Of a stretch of DNA of 63,437 bases, positions 48,478-57,748 are shown one piece after another. Source of the DNA: an uncultured virus (IMG/VR IMGVR_UViG_3300029319_000008). Lineage: Duplodnaviria; Heunggongvirae; Uroviricota; Caudoviricetes. A model generated the notes under the pieces. The model had not been told where the DNA came from. It saw only the letters and a list, made by a program, of their open reading frames with translations, and ran no database searches. Within the stretch, counting starts at the first letter, position 1, and each line of letters begins with the position of its first letter. A program made the position numbers and the translations under genes. The stretch lies in the IMG/VR virus record IMGVR_UViG_3300029319_000008; one strand, written 5' to 3'.

Positions 48478-49166
48478 TTGGTAAGTCCTTCTATCACATA
48501 ATCAAATTCAACTTTTGTATTTGGGTTTTTTGCTTTAATTTTATGACGAAGGGCAGGCATGGTATCAAAAAACCTTTGAACATCAGCAAATTGTTTTGAA
48601 CTCAATTGTTCAATAAAACTAACATATTCATCTTGAGTTGTAGTGTTGGAATCCCACACCTCACTATCATCATATATTTTATCAACTGAATTTGCTACAA
48701 ATTTAAATGTATCATCAATGTTCTGTTGAGGATTTGCAAAACTATCAATGCCAGGATATTTCATTTCAATCCAAAGATTATCATTTAATTTAATCTTATT
48801 GGTGTGACCTTTTTCAAAATCAACTTTAACTTTTTCAATATCAACCTGAACTTTAACTTCAGTTTCACCATCATCTGGACATGTAAGAATTAATTCAACA
48901 ATTTCTCCTACAGATTTTGCTCTAATATTCAGAAAAATGTATTCAATATCAAAGGTTGCTAGATCCTTAACTTTGAATCCTTTTGTAGTTACACATGCAG
49001 CAATAATATCTTCCAATGCACTAGCAATTTGCTTTTCATCTTCAGATTCTAATGCCATAAGAAGAACTTTTTCTTCTTTGACCATAAATGGTCTAAATTT
49101 TACCTTCTTTTTTGAGGAAGGAATTACCAATTCATAAGTTGGCGAAGTCAGGGTAGGTAGTGACAT
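48465..49166 (-). CDS. Baseplate hub subunit/assembly chaperone (T4 gp26-like)
   Basis: MSLPTL..P.YEL..PS..K.VKFRPF.VKEEK.LL.A; FDIEYIFLNIRAKSVGE; EGL.NFF end. Confidence 0.9.
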   Translation of the reverse strand: MSLPTLTSPTYELVIPSSKKKVKFRPFMVKEEKVLLMALESEDEKQIASALEDIIAACVTTKGFKVKDLATFDIEYIFLNIRAKSVGEIVELILTCPDDGETEVKVQVDIEKVKVDFEKGHTNKIKLNDNLWIEMKYPGIDSFANPQQNIDDTFKFVANSVDKIYDDSEVWDSNTTTQDEYVSFIEQLSSKQFADVQRFFDTMPALRHKIKAKNPNTKVEFDYVIEGLTNFFA

Positions 49167-49187
49167 AAAATAATCTCCAAGGTTTAA

Positions 49188-49835
49188 TTAATCTTCTCTA
49201 AGAAGTTTAGAATATTCAAAGAAAAAGGATGCTTGAAATTTAAGCGGTTGATTCGGACCGTTAGAAACGGTAATATCATTTATCAAGTAAGGATATACAT
49301 TATATAAGTATATTGTGGATTTTGCAGGTAACTTATCTGTACGTTGTCTTTCCGAAGGGACGAGTTCGGTTTTGTCAATAACCATATTGCAGGTATAATC
49401 ATTATAATAATTTGTCAGAACAAAATCTCTTGAACGAGCATCATTTCCTAGTTTTTGATATGGGAATATAAATTCCGCCCATTTATGTAGCATCTTATAG
49501 GGAAGGTGATCTTGATCCATTAAAAAAGTAATGGTAAAATCTCTAAATGTCTTAGTGTGAGCGTATTTTTGATTCATACCAGGAGCATGTCCTTCAAAAT
49601 CTCCAGTACTAACACTAAATCCAGGAATATTAACTTCATCAGCAAGGTAACTAAGTTTTGCTCCATTGCTAAGTAATGATGTATTTTCATAGTCACGTGG
49701 TTCTGGCACACCAGGAACACCAACAGTATTGGCAAGAAGTGCGTTCTGTCCAAACTCAAAGGATATTTGATAGCGATTTGACGAAGCAAGTCCACTCGGA
49801 CCAATTATGTTCGACAATACATTGGTTATCTTCAT
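49188..49835 (-). CDS. Tail-tube-fold protein (gp54-like baseplate-tail tube initiator)
   Basis: GLASSNRYQISF, ADEVNIPG, FTITFLMD, LYNVYP, F.ASFFFEY. Confidence 0.7.
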   Translation of the reverse strand: MKITNVLSNIIGPSGLASSNRYQISFEFGQNALLANTVGVPGVPEPRDYENTSLLSNGAKLSYLADEVNIPGFSVSTGDFEGHAPGMNQKYAHTKTFRDFTITFLMDQDHLPYKMLHKWAEFIFPYQKLGNDARSRDFVLTNYYNDYTCNMVIDKTELVPSERQRTDKLPAKSTIYLYNVYPYLINDITVSNGPNQPLKFQASFFFEYSKLLRED

Positions 49836-49869
49836 CTAAATAGAAAGGGAAGAGTATATTTATATTTAG
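49836..49869. promoter_or_regulatory. Divergent late promoters
   Basis: CTAAATA at 49836-49842 (+) and 49863-49869 (-). Confidence 0.7.
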
Positions 49870-49878
49870 CGACTTATT

Positions 49879-50313
49879 ATGGCATATAGTGGAAAGTATC
49901 GACCATCCTATCCAAAAAAGTACAAAGGAGATCCAACAAATGTTATTTACAGATCTCTATGGGAAAGGAAATTCATGGTCTGGTGTGATAATAACGAAAA
50001 CGTCTTGGAATGGGGAAGCGAAGAAATCGTTATACCTTACATCTCTCCTCTTGATAGTAGGGTTCATAGGTATTTCCCAGATTTCTATGTCAGAGCAAGA
50101 ACTAAAACTGGGGGGACACAGAAATTTATTATTGAGATCAAACCTCTTAAGCAAACAGAACCTCCCAAAAAACAACGCCGACGTACAAAGAAGTATATAA
50201 CTGAAGTTACAACTTATGCAGTCAATGATGCTAAATGGAAGGCAGCAAACGAATATTGTAAAGATAGAAGATGGCAATTTAAAATCTTAACAGAAAAGGA
50301 GTTAAAGATATGA
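49879..50313 (+). CDS. Head completion nuclease (T4 gp4-like)
   Basis: MAYSGKY.P..PKKYKGDP...YRSLWERKFM.WCD...WGSEE...HRYFPDF...EIKP. Confidence 0.95.
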   Translation: MAYSGKYRPSYPKKYKGDPTNVIYRSLWERKFMVWCDNNENVLEWGSEEIVIPYISPLDSRVHRYFPDFYVRARTKTGGTQKFIIEIKPLKQTEPPKKQRRRTKKYITEVTTYAVNDAKWKAANEYCKDRRWQFKILTEKELKI

Positions 50314-50771
50314 GTGTTATCGAGAAAATTAAAGAAGAAGATGCTAAAACAAAGCAAAAACAAAGAGAAATAGCGTTTAACTATCTTTTTGATAATGCTA
50401 AGGATAAAGTGGCGGTTGGTAAAGTTTACTTATTTGAATATGACCCTAAAACTAAAATACAACTAGCACGTTGGGACAAATATCCTTTAGTTTTGGTTAC
50501 TACATTATATGATGATGGATTTGCAGGAGCAAACTTTCATTATACAACACAAAAGCAAAGAATGATCCTTGCTCAAAAGTTTCTAAATAATAACGTAAGA
50601 ATACCGTTTAAATTGCTACATAGATATATTATCGATAGAGCAGATAACATATTTTTTGAAGTTCCAGAAGATGAATTAGTTGAATTTGCTGCATTATCAT
50701 TAGAGCAATTTTACGATAGTCGAAATCGTTTTGTAAGTTCAAATAAAGTTCAAAGATCTGGTAGATTATGA
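50310..50771 (+). CDS. DNA end protector (T4 gp2-like)
   Basis: GKVYLFEYDPKTK..L..WDKYPLVLV......GF.G.NFHY. Confidence 0.75.
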   Translation: MSVIEKIKEEDAKTKQKQREIAFNYLFDNAKDKVAVGKVYLFEYDPKTKIQLARWDKYPLVLVTTLYDDGFAGANFHYTTQKQRMILAQKFLNNNVRIPFKLLHRYIIDRADNIFFEVPEDELVEFAALSLEQFYDSRNRFVSSNKVQRSGRL

Positions 50772-51844
50772 AACAACCATTACAACTTCAATATCCTAAA
50801 AGCACCCTTGAAAGGACTAATTCTTACATAATGTTTAGAGCATATGACTATAGTTCTGCTCCTAATTCAAGTAGAATAGGAAATATTAGGTCTAATATAC
50901 AAAGAAATGCTGGAAATCTTACAGGTGCAACTCTTACAGATCTTCCAGAAACTCTTGGTAAATCATTTACTACAAGTTCAGGTGGTGCAGATGAAGGTGA
51001 TGCAACATCAATAGGTTCAGTTTCATTATACTTACCTCAAAATTTAGAATATAATTATGGGGCAAACTGGAAAGCAATGCAGTTTGGTGCATTAGGAGCA
51101 GCACTTAATAAAGGTCAAAGTTTTAATGAAGGAGCAACACAAGCATTAAAAATTGGTGGTACTGCTATGGCAAATGTACTGGGAGATGCAGTAGGTGGAG
51201 CACTTGAAAGTGTACCTAAAGTAGAAAATCTAACACTAGATAATGTTCTTGGTGCTTCATTTGGTATTACATTTAATGACAACACTCTCCAAACATTTGA
51301 CAAAATGGAGACAAGAACTTTTAGTTTTAAATATGTTCTGGTTGCTAGAGATGCTAGTGAGGAATTAGAAATCAAAAAGATTATTAAATTTTTCAAAATT
51401 GCAATGCATCCAGATGCTACAGAAAATGATAAAAATAATACAATTTTCTTAAAATATCCATATATTTTTAGAATTATTCCCTCTGGTTATAAAACTACAA
51501 CTGGTACCTTTGCTAACGGTACTTTTAAGACGACATTGGCAGATAAAAACTGGTCATCATTTTTACCTAATACTAAATATTGTGGATTAAAAGGAATGAA
51601 TGTTAGTTATACACCAAACAATGTTATCTCATTAACTCCTAATAACTTTGTTACTGCTGTAACAGTAGGTTTAGAGTTTGTAGAACTTACCAACCTTACA
51701 AGAAGAGATATCGTTGAAGTAGAGGATAGCACTTTGCTTGAGGGATATGAGGGAGATCAAAAGGGATTAGATCAACTAAATTTTGGAACTGGTCGTGATG
51801 GTACACTTGGTTTGGGAACATCTGGTTTTCCTACAAATTCTTAA
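50768..51844 (+). CDS. Baseplate tail-tube cap (T4 gp48-like)
   Basis: LQYP, VSLYLP, RTFSFKY.L.AR...E...IKKIIKFFK.AMHP, FLKYP.IF.I, L.FVEL. Confidence 0.85.
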   Translation: MKQPLQLQYPKSTLERTNSYIMFRAYDYSSAPNSSRIGNIRSNIQRNAGNLTGATLTDLPETLGKSFTTSSGGADEGDATSIGSVSLYLPQNLEYNYGANWKAMQFGALGAALNKGQSFNEGATQALKIGGTAMANVLGDAVGGALESVPKVENLTLDNVLGASFGITFNDNTLQTFDKMETRTFSFKYVLVARDASEELEIKKIIKFFKIAMHPDATENDKNNTIFLKYPYIFRIIPSGYKTTTGTFANGTFKTTLADKNWSSFLPNTKYCGLKGMNVSYTPNNVISLTPNNFVTAVTVGLEFVELTNLTRRDIVEVEDSTLLEGYEGDQKGLDQLNFGTGRDGTLGLGTSGFPTNS

Positions 51845-51853
51845 TTTAAAAAA

Positions 51854-52477
51854 ATGGCATATTTCGATAAAATACCTAATATATCGTATCTTAAATACAA
51901 AAAAAATCCCTACGATGGGGATTTTATTACCATTAAGAACATTTTTGGTCGTGTCAAAGTAATTGATGATGTTCTTGCAGGTGCTACTGTATTTGAGGAT
52001 TATTTTATTAAAGATGGGGAAAGACCAGACACCATTTCTTTTGATTTTTATGGAGATCCTGGATTTGATTGGGTTATTATGCTTATTAACAACGTCAGAA
52101 ATCTTTATGATGATTGGGCAAAGAGTGCACAAACATTAACTCAGTATGTAAATAGTAAATATGATGATCCTGGTGGTATTCATCATTATGAAACTATTGA
52201 ACAAACTTATAACGGTAAAGTAATACTTAAAAAAGGTATTGAGGTAGGCGAGTCATTTAGATTCGTCGATCCGCTTGGCAATACAAGAACTGCTGAGGAA
52301 TCTAGAGGACCAGTTAATAACCTAGTATACGAAACTCGTTTAAATGAAGAAAAGAGAAAAATTTATATTTTAAAACCAAATCTTTTAGAAAGTTTTGTAG
52401 ATATCTTTGAAAAAGAAATGAAATTTACTCCTAGCACAGAATTTGTAACAGAAAATTTAAAAAGAAATATTAATTAA
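51854..52477 (+). CDS. Baseplate wedge subunit (T4 gp53-like)
   Basis: YFDKIPNI.Y, Y.IKDGERPDTIS..FYGD...DWVIML.N, IHHYET, YE..LNEEKRKI.ILKP. Confidence 0.9.
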   Translation: MAYFDKIPNISYLKYKKNPYDGDFITIKNIFGRVKVIDDVLAGATVFEDYFIKDGERPDTISFDFYGDPGFDWVIMLINNVRNLYDDWAKSAQTLTQYVNSKYDDPGGIHHYETIEQTYNGKVILKKGIEVGESFRFVDPLGNTRTAEESRGPVNNLVYETRLNEEKRKIYILKPNLLESFVDIFEKEMKFTPSTEFVTENLKRNIN

Positions 52478-52637
52478 CATCATATTCTATTTGTATTACT
52501 TTAGATGATTTACCATGACTATTACGTCTAGATAGTTTTTGAACAGTACCACCTAATCTAGTAGCAGCATATTCTATATCTTTTAAAACTTGTTTTTCTA
52601 GATCCTCGTATGGATCATAGTATTTGTCTATTTTCAT
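52470..52637 (-). CDS. Hypothetical protein (55 aa)
   Basis: MKIDKYYDPYEDLE...LGGTV......S.G..SKVIQIEYD; ATGA overlap. Confidence 0.6.
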   Translation of the reverse strand: MKIDKYYDPYEDLEKQVLKDIEYAATRLGGTVQKLSRRNSHGKSSKVIQIEYDVN

Positions 52638-52822
52638 TCTTCTTTAGTGGTTAGTTCTTCTATTGCATCAACTGGCACTTCATTGCCACCGATACTATAC
52701 CAATGTTGTGGCATACCTATGCTATCTTTACGTACACCAAGATATACTAGGTTATCTTCACTGAAACTATTCTCACGTAACATTGCTTGTAGTTGCCAAT
52801 GTATTAGTTCTGATTTCTTCAT
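52634..52822 (-). CDS. Hypothetical protein
   Basis: 62 aa; HWQLQAMLRE, HWYSIG..EVPV. Confidence 0.65.
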   Translation of the reverse strand: MKKSELIHWQLQAMLRENSFSEDNLVYLGVRKDSIGMPQHWYSIGGNEVPVDAIEELTTKEE

Positions 52823-52992
52823 TCTTCTATTTCAAAATACCATTTAATAGATTTAATATAATCAAAAGTACAGGATAAATCAAAATCACAATTTGTATTG
52901 TATTTCCTGTCACACAAAAAATTCCTCAGTTTTTCAACTGAGTTGAATGTTCCTACATGTCTTTCTTTGTCATCATATAAGCGATATTTCAT
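52819..52992 (-). CDS. Hypothetical protein (57 aa)
   Basis: MKYRLYDD...LRNFLCDRKY...DLSCTFDYIKSI; ATGA overlaps at both ends. Confidence 0.65.
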   Translation of the reverse strand: MKYRLYDDKERHVGTFNSVEKLRNFLCDRKYNTNCDFDLSCTFDYIKSIKWYFEIEE

Positions 52993-53309
52993 TGGGGTTT
53001 ATGATCTTTAAACTTATCATGGTTGCCATCCCCAGGCATTTTACCAAAAGCACAATATTCAATTGCTTGCACTGATCCCTCTAAACGTTTGAGATCACTT
53101 TCATTTTTGACATATTCTTCATATGCTGATTTCAACTCTGCATTTCTCGCTGAGAGTTGCATTGTACGTTTTGTAAAACGTTGAAGTAACTGTTCGTAAT
53201 TTTCAGTAGGTTTGAGTTTCATGGTATTAACTAATAATAGTTTTGTGTCTGTCAATTCCGTAGAATAAAATTTTAATGGTTGTTTTCCATGTAAATTATC
53301 ACCACTCAT
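52989..53309 (-). CDS. Coiled-coil hypothetical protein
   Basis: 106 aa (start may be 53222). Confidence 0.6.
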   Translation of the reverse strand: MSGDNLHGKQPLKFYSTELTDTKLLLVNTMKLKPTENYEQLLQRFTKRTMQLSARNAELKSAYEEYVKNESDLKRLEGSVQAIEYCAFGKMPGDGNHDKFKDHKPQ

Positions 53310-53550
53310 AGATTTCTTTTAAAATAAATTCTTTAGATAAGATTGGATCCCCAAGCAATTCTAATTGAATGTTATTTGCATCTACGAAGATGTCGTCCTC
53401 CGCTTCCTTTCGACAATGTTGCCAGTAATATGTGTTATCTTCTCTTCGATATAAGTAAGAAGTGTTGTGTGAATCGAGGGTGAACATTGCGATGCATTTT
53501 TGCTTGTGTTGCCAACATGGGTCTTCTGCTCGTCGTTCATATTCAGTCAC
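53299..53550 (-). CDS. Hypothetical protein
   Basis: GTG at 53550 after GGAGG (VTEYERRAEDP...); trimmed from 53299..53646. Confidence 0.6.
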   Translation of the reverse strand: MTEYERRAEDPCWQHKQKCIAMFTLDSHNTSYLYRREDNTYYWQHCRKEAEDDIFVDANNIQLELLGDPILSKEFILKEIYEW

Positions 53551-53857
53551 GTTGCCTCCAATCGTCTGGTTTGTCACGATTAAACCAATCATTAATGTCG
53601 TCTGCACCATTAAATCTTTTTTTATGTTTGGATGGATCAGGATCACCTAAACCCATCCTATTCAAAAAATCTTCGGTACTTCCATCTTTGATGTTTTGTG
53701 ATGCTTGACGACGTGCTTGTTGTAACCAAGTTTTAGCGGTTGTATGTGATTTAGCAAGTTTTTCTGCCCAAATCATTTCTTCTAAATCTACTTTTTCCTT
53801 ATTTGCAATTTTTTTACAGATAGCGTCTAATTTAAGACGATACTTGGTAGAAAGCAT
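53543..53857 (-). CDS. Conserved cyanophage/cyanobacterial hypothetical protein
   Basis: MLSTKYRLKL..IC..IA...V.LEEMIWAEKLAK...DDWRQRD. Confidence 0.8.
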   Translation of the reverse strand: MLSTKYRLKLDAICKKIANKEKVDLEEMIWAEKLAKSHTTAKTWLQQARRQASQNIKDGSTEDFLNRMGLGDPDPSKHKKRFNGADDINDWFNRDKPDDWRQRD

Positions 53858-53861
53858 TTTA

Positions 53862-54101
53862 TTATTCTGATAGGTAGTTTTCTAGTTTATTGATTCTAGT
53901 AAATTCAGCATGTGCTGCTTCTGAACGTGTATGGAGGACATCACGGATATCTCCCATAATACATGTCGGATCAATACCATCGTCTAGGTATTTATCGACT
54001 GCTTCCTTTAGATACCTGTATCTATGCCATTCAGGGGAATAAGGTTTATAGTGCATAATGTTTAAATTGTATAGAAAATTACCATCGACCCTTTTGGGCA
54101 A
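53862..54101 (-). CDS. Conserved hypothetical protein
   Basis: YKPYSPEWHRYRYLKEA motif; true start probably MHYKPY near 54056. Confidence 0.65.
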   Translation of the reverse strand: MPKRVDGNFLYNLNIMHYKPYSPEWHRYRYLKEAVDKYLDDGIDPTCIMGDIRDVLHTRSEAAHAEFTRINKLENYLSE

Positions 54102-54165
54102 ATTTTTGGCGGATTTTTTTTCCCGACTTTTTTCAAATGAAAAGGCAATTTTCGTTTTGGGAAAC

Positions 54166-54186
54166 TGGGGGAAAGTTTTTCCCCCA
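54166..54186 (-). terminator. Hairpin terminator after gp32
   Basis: Minus strand TGGGGGAAA-AAC-TTTCCCCCA followed by GTTTC (weak U-tract). Confidence 0.55.
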
Positions 54187-54193
54187 AGATAAC

Positions 54194-55066
54194 TTAGAAG
54201 TTCTCGTTAGCGAGAGTATCAAAGTATGAATAAGTATCCTCAGATGAGGTAGGAGCAGTTTCCTTCACCGCTGCAGTAGCAGGGGTTGGGTCATCGTATT
54301 CCATTTCTTCATCACGAACTTCAGGTGCTACAGGACGAGTGTTCAACACAGCATTAAGACGTGTTTGAAGTTCGGCGTAGGTCTTGAAGTTCTTTGAGTT
54401 AGTGAACTCATTCAAGTCATGCATTTGATTGTAAATGCTTTCGAGTTTTTCATCATTAAACCCACCTAGAGTAGAAGGACGAGCAAAGGCAGAGGAATCA
54501 TAGTTCCAATAACCTGCAACCTTCTTTAAACGTAAGTTAAAATCAGCACCTTTCCAAAAATCAAATGGATCAATTGCTTCCTGATCATCAAACTCAGGTT
54601 GCATTTGCTCAATGATTTTATCATGGATCTTCTTACCATATTTGTAGAGCATTACTCTACCCTCAAATTGAGGATTGGCAGGATCTTTAATAATATAAAC
54701 ATTGCTGTAGTAAGAAAGTTTACGTTTCTGTTTACGAGCAACTTCTTTATCGCTGTCAATACCACTATTCCATAGTTGACGATTCAATTCTGAAATAGGA
54801 TCTTGCTGACCAAGTGTGGTGAGAGAGTTCTCTATGTACCAACCACCAGGACCTTGAAAAGCATGTGACCATACCTTTGCCCAAGGCATTTCATTGCCTT
54901 CTGCACAAGGAAGGAAGCGAATGACAGCACTACCGACTCCATCTTTGCCCATAGTAGGTTTCCAAAGACGCTCATCGATATAACCCGACTTACCCTCAGT
55001 TTTATTCAGTTCTGCATTGAGTTTACTGAGTAATGAACCTTGGGACTTTAGGGATTTAAAAGACAT
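54194..55066 (-). CDS. Single-stranded DNA-binding protein (T4 gp32-like)
   Basis: DERLWKP..GKDG.G.AVIRFLP, HAFQGPGGWYIENSLTT, YGKKI.DKI, GADF.L.LKKV.GYWNYD.S.F, acidic tail. Confidence 0.97.
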   Translation of the reverse strand: MSFKSLKSQGSLLSKLNAELNKTEGKSGYIDERLWKPTMGKDGVGSAVIRFLPCAEGNEMPWAKVWSHAFQGPGGWYIENSLTTLGQQDPISELNRQLWNSGIDSDKEVARKQKRKLSYYSNVYIIKDPANPQFEGRVMLYKYGKKIHDKIIEQMQPEFDDQEAIDPFDFWKGADFNLRLKKVAGYWNYDSSAFARPSTLGGFNDEKLESIYNQMHDLNEFTNSKNFKTYAELQTRLNAVLNTRPVAPEVRDEEMEYDDPTPATAAVKETAPTSSEDTYSYFDTLANENF

Positions 55067-55139
55067 TTGTATTCTCCGTATTAGTTGTATTGTTAGTATT
55101 ATACCATATTAGCATAGCATAAGAATCAGATCTTGTCAA
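55067..55139 (-). promoter_or_regulatory. gp32 promoter(s) and unstructured AATAC-repeat leader
   Basis: TTGACA(55134-55139)-17-TATGCT; TGGTATAAT at 55098-55106; four AATAC units around a GGAG SD. Confidence 0.65.
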
Positions 55140-55483
55140 CCCTCTTCTTTATCAAAAGTTTCTCTCAATGAATCGACTGCCTTTTGAGCGAGATCAAAGA
55201 TCTCAGGACCCATTTGGTTTGCAGGAATACCCATTTGCTTTGCAGCAGCACGGAAGTTCTTCTTCACCATTTGACTGTCATCATCTTCTGAGAGCATAAC
55301 TCTAGTATATAGAACCTTTTGTTTCTCTATAAGCAATTCCATATCAGAAAACATCTTTTCTTTTTCTTCTTTTGACATAGATTCAAAACTATACATTCTA
55401 TTTGCTACAGATAGATACAGTTTATGCATCCTGTCTGTTTCATTACGTACAATTTCGGAAGAGAATAAGTTTGAGTCGCTCAT
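55136..55483 (-). CDS. DUF1825-family protein
   Basis: F.SEIVR.E...M; EEKE.....ME.LIEKQ...Y.R..LSED; MG. Confidence 0.75.
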   Translation of the reverse strand: MSDSNLFSSEIVRNETDRMHKLYLSVANRMYSFESMSKEEKEKMFSDMELLIEKQKVLYTRVMLSEDDDSQMVKKNFRAAAKQMGIPANQMGPEIFDLAQKAVDSLRETFDKEEG

Positions 55484-56058
55484 AAATGTTCTTCTACTAA
55501 TTTTTTTGCTTTTGTTGTATCAAAAGTAACAAAAGGATCATATTTTTTTATTGTTTTTGACATACGTTTCCAGATTACATCATCACCGATGATGGTGTCG
55601 TATCTATTAGCAAACCTAGTCAATCTATTTAACATAACTAAAGTTTCTAACATAATAAAACCTCCAAGAAACATTTTCAATGCTTTAGAATGAGATCCTT
55701 TTTGACATTGTAAAGCAATGTTTAATGTGCCACACTCATTTGTTAAGTTTTCTAAATCTGTCTTAAACAAATAAGAAATACTTTGCTGTCTCCTTTTCCA
55801 TTCTGTCAGGTTCTCTGCATCCATATTTTTAATATAAAAATTAGAGTTGACAATAAAATTAGAAACAAAAAATTCAACGACATCTTTCTCATTGTATAAC
55901 GTTCCTAAACGTTCAAAGAAATAGATGTCGTTTCGTTTGTTAAAAGATTCTTGTGTAACCCTGTTTAAGTTGTTTCCATAACGAAAATAATCATATCTAT
56001 CTGTTGTAAAATGAGTTTTAATTGCAACATAAGTACGATAAACTTCAAAAGCAGACAT
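55480..56058 (-). CDS. Helicase loader (T4 gp59-like)
   Basis: FEVYRTYVAIKTHFT...YDYFRY, F.KRND.YFFE.L, VEFFVSNF, LETLV.L, KKY.PF. Confidence 0.9.
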   Translation of the reverse strand: MSAFEVYRTYVAIKTHFTTDRYDYFRYGNNLNRVTQESFNKRNDIYFFERLGTLYNEKDVVEFFVSNFIVNSNFYIKNMDAENLTEWKRRQQSISYLFKTDLENLTNECGTLNIALQCQKGSHSKALKMFLGGFIMLETLVMLNRLTRFANRYDTIIGDDVIWKRMSKTIKKYDPFVTFDTTKAKKLVEEHL

Positions 56059-56059
56059 A

Positions 56060-56344
56060 TCAAATAGGGAGTACACCTCTGGTTGTTTTTTTAATGTAGT
56101 TAAGACGAGTTGCTTCTGCCTTAATCTTTTGTTTCAATGATGGTGCGATTAACTTAACAACTGACTCAACTTCAAGGTCTTTTGACTCACAGAAATCTAC
56201 AATAGCATCAATGTAGTTAAGAGTTTGATTGCTGTCTTTCACAATGTTCTCAATAGTCATTGAAAACTTATTCTTATCCATAAAATTATCATCAATTAGT
56301 TGATCAATATTTTTTTTAATTTTTGATTTAGTTTTAATGGGCAT
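56060..56344 (-). CDS. Late promoter transcription accessory protein (T4 gp33-like)
   Basis: FS..IE..V......YIDAIV.FCE...LEVESV.KLI..SLK.KIK.EA..LNYIKK....LPI. Confidence 0.9.
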   Translation of the reverse strand: MPIKTKSKIKKNIDQLIDDNFMDKNKFSMTIENIVKDSNQTLNYIDAIVDFCESKDLEVESVVKLIAPSLKQKIKAEATRLNYIKKTTRGVLPI

Positions 56345-56993
56345 CGTTGTACTCTGCAATGTAATCTTTTAGTAGAGGTACATAATCATCAGGGTTCTTT
56401 ATAAAGACCTGTGTGTCCCCAGTTTGGCATGTAATTAGAGTAACGATCTGTTCGACCTTAATACCAGATCTCTCTTCATACATCTTAGCATATCCTGTCT
56501 CTTGAACAAAGTATCCTTCAACCCATTCCTCTTTCTTTTCTTTAGAGGATGTCTTGAAGTCAATGATTGATAACTTACCATCAAACTCTGCTATACAGTC
56601 AACTCTGCCTGCTATTGCAAACTCATGACTGTACAAAGGTGCTTCTTGAAAATGGATATTGTTTATCCTCGCAAGCATTTGTTTTGCTTGCGTAAAAAGT
56701 ATCTTAGCAAGATGTTTATCAGCATACTTGCCAATGTCTAGTTCATTATTAAGGTAGTCCTCAATCATACTATGAACTGTAGTACCTGCAGTAGTAGCAC
56801 GTTTAGAAATCTTGTTTGCTTCTTCAGCACCAACTCTTGCTCTCCACTCAGCAATAGATTTCCTATTTCTAAAAGAACATATAGTAGAGATAGATGGATA
56901 TCTTTGATCCCCTACCTCATACACTCTTTTACCTCCTACATTTCTTGCACAAATGTCTTCAAGAGACATCTCCATAATAACATGATTGAACAT
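56334..56993 (-). CDS. PD-(D/E)XK exonuclease (ExoA/Cas4-like)
   Basis: YPSIST, WR.RVG.EEAN.IS..A...GT.VH, AGRVDCIAEFDGKLSIIDFKTS, YFVQ...YA. Confidence 0.9.
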   Translation of the reverse strand: MFNHVIMEMSLEDICARNVGGKRVYEVGDQRYPSISTICSFRNRKSIAEWRARVGAEEANKISKRATTAGTTVHSMIEDYLNNELDIGKYADKHLAKILFTQAKQMLARINNIHFQEAPLYSHEFAIAGRVDCIAEFDGKLSIIDFKTSSKEKKEEWVEGYFVQETGYAKMYEERSGIKVEQIVTLITCQTGDTQVFIKNPDDYVPLLKDYIAEYNDAH

Positions 56994-57748
56994 TAACCAA
57001 ACCCCATATGCATTTTACTTAGAATGTAAGAACGAATAAGACCACTTCTTACAATGTCTTCAGTTCCAAATTCAATGCTTGTAAACTCTTCCATAACCTC
57101 AAGAATTTTCATGAAGTCAAGAATACCATTACGCTCATTGGTTTTAACAAGGTCGGTTTGCATAACATCACCAGCAAAGATGATCTTACAGTCAGTACCA
57201 ACACGAGTAATGATTGAATCTAATTCATGAAAGTTTAAGTTCTGACACTCATCAACTATAATAATAGCATTATTAAGTGTTGTACCACGAAGAAAAGATG
57301 TGCTCCAAAAAGAAATAGTTTCTTGTGCCTTTAGATTATCATACAACATATTATATGCTGGATCATCTGGCATCTTAAACATGTGTTCAACCATGTTCTT
57401 GTATGGAATCTGATACAAGTTTGACTTGTCATCATGATCACCTGGCAAGAATCCAATCTCTCTTGTAGGAACTAAAGAACGTACCATGTACAGTTTATCA
57501 TAAGAAGTAGTGCCTGAAAGAATTTCTTTCAATGCTAGGTACATTGCAATAAATGTTTTACCTGTTCCTGCACAACCATATAGAAAAAGATTCTGACCTT
57601 TTTCATATGCATCAAATGCAACTTTTTGATTTTCAGTTAATGATTTGATCTCTTTTAAGTGATCATAATTAATTGGTTTCTTACGTCTCATTTGCTTAGG
57701 AGTGCTGTTAACAAAATCGAACTGAGCGTCCTTTCTTTTTCTTGGCAT
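56993..57748 (-). CDS. phoH: PhoH-family ATPase
   Basis: GCAGTGKT Walker A, REIGFLPG, SFLRG.TL, IVDECQN, GD..Q.DL, DIVRSGL. Confidence 0.95.
   Translation of the reverse strand: MPRKRKDAQFDFVNSTPKQMRRKKPINYDHLKEIKSLTENQKVAFDAYEKGQNLFLYGCAGTGKTFIAMYLALKEILSGTTSYDKLYMVRSLVPTREIGFLPGDHDDKSNLYQIPYKNMVEHMFKMPDDPAYNMLYDNLKAQETISFWSTSFLRGTTLNNAIIIVDECQNLNFHELDSIITRVGTDCKIIFAGDVMQTDLVKTNERNGILDFMKILEVMEEFTSIEFGTEDIVRSGLIRSYILSKMHMGFG

Noticed and set aside
56334..56993. Cas4-like nuclease as CRISPR evidence
   Set aside because: It is the standard exonuclease beside phoH and gp33 in T4-like marine phages; no array present
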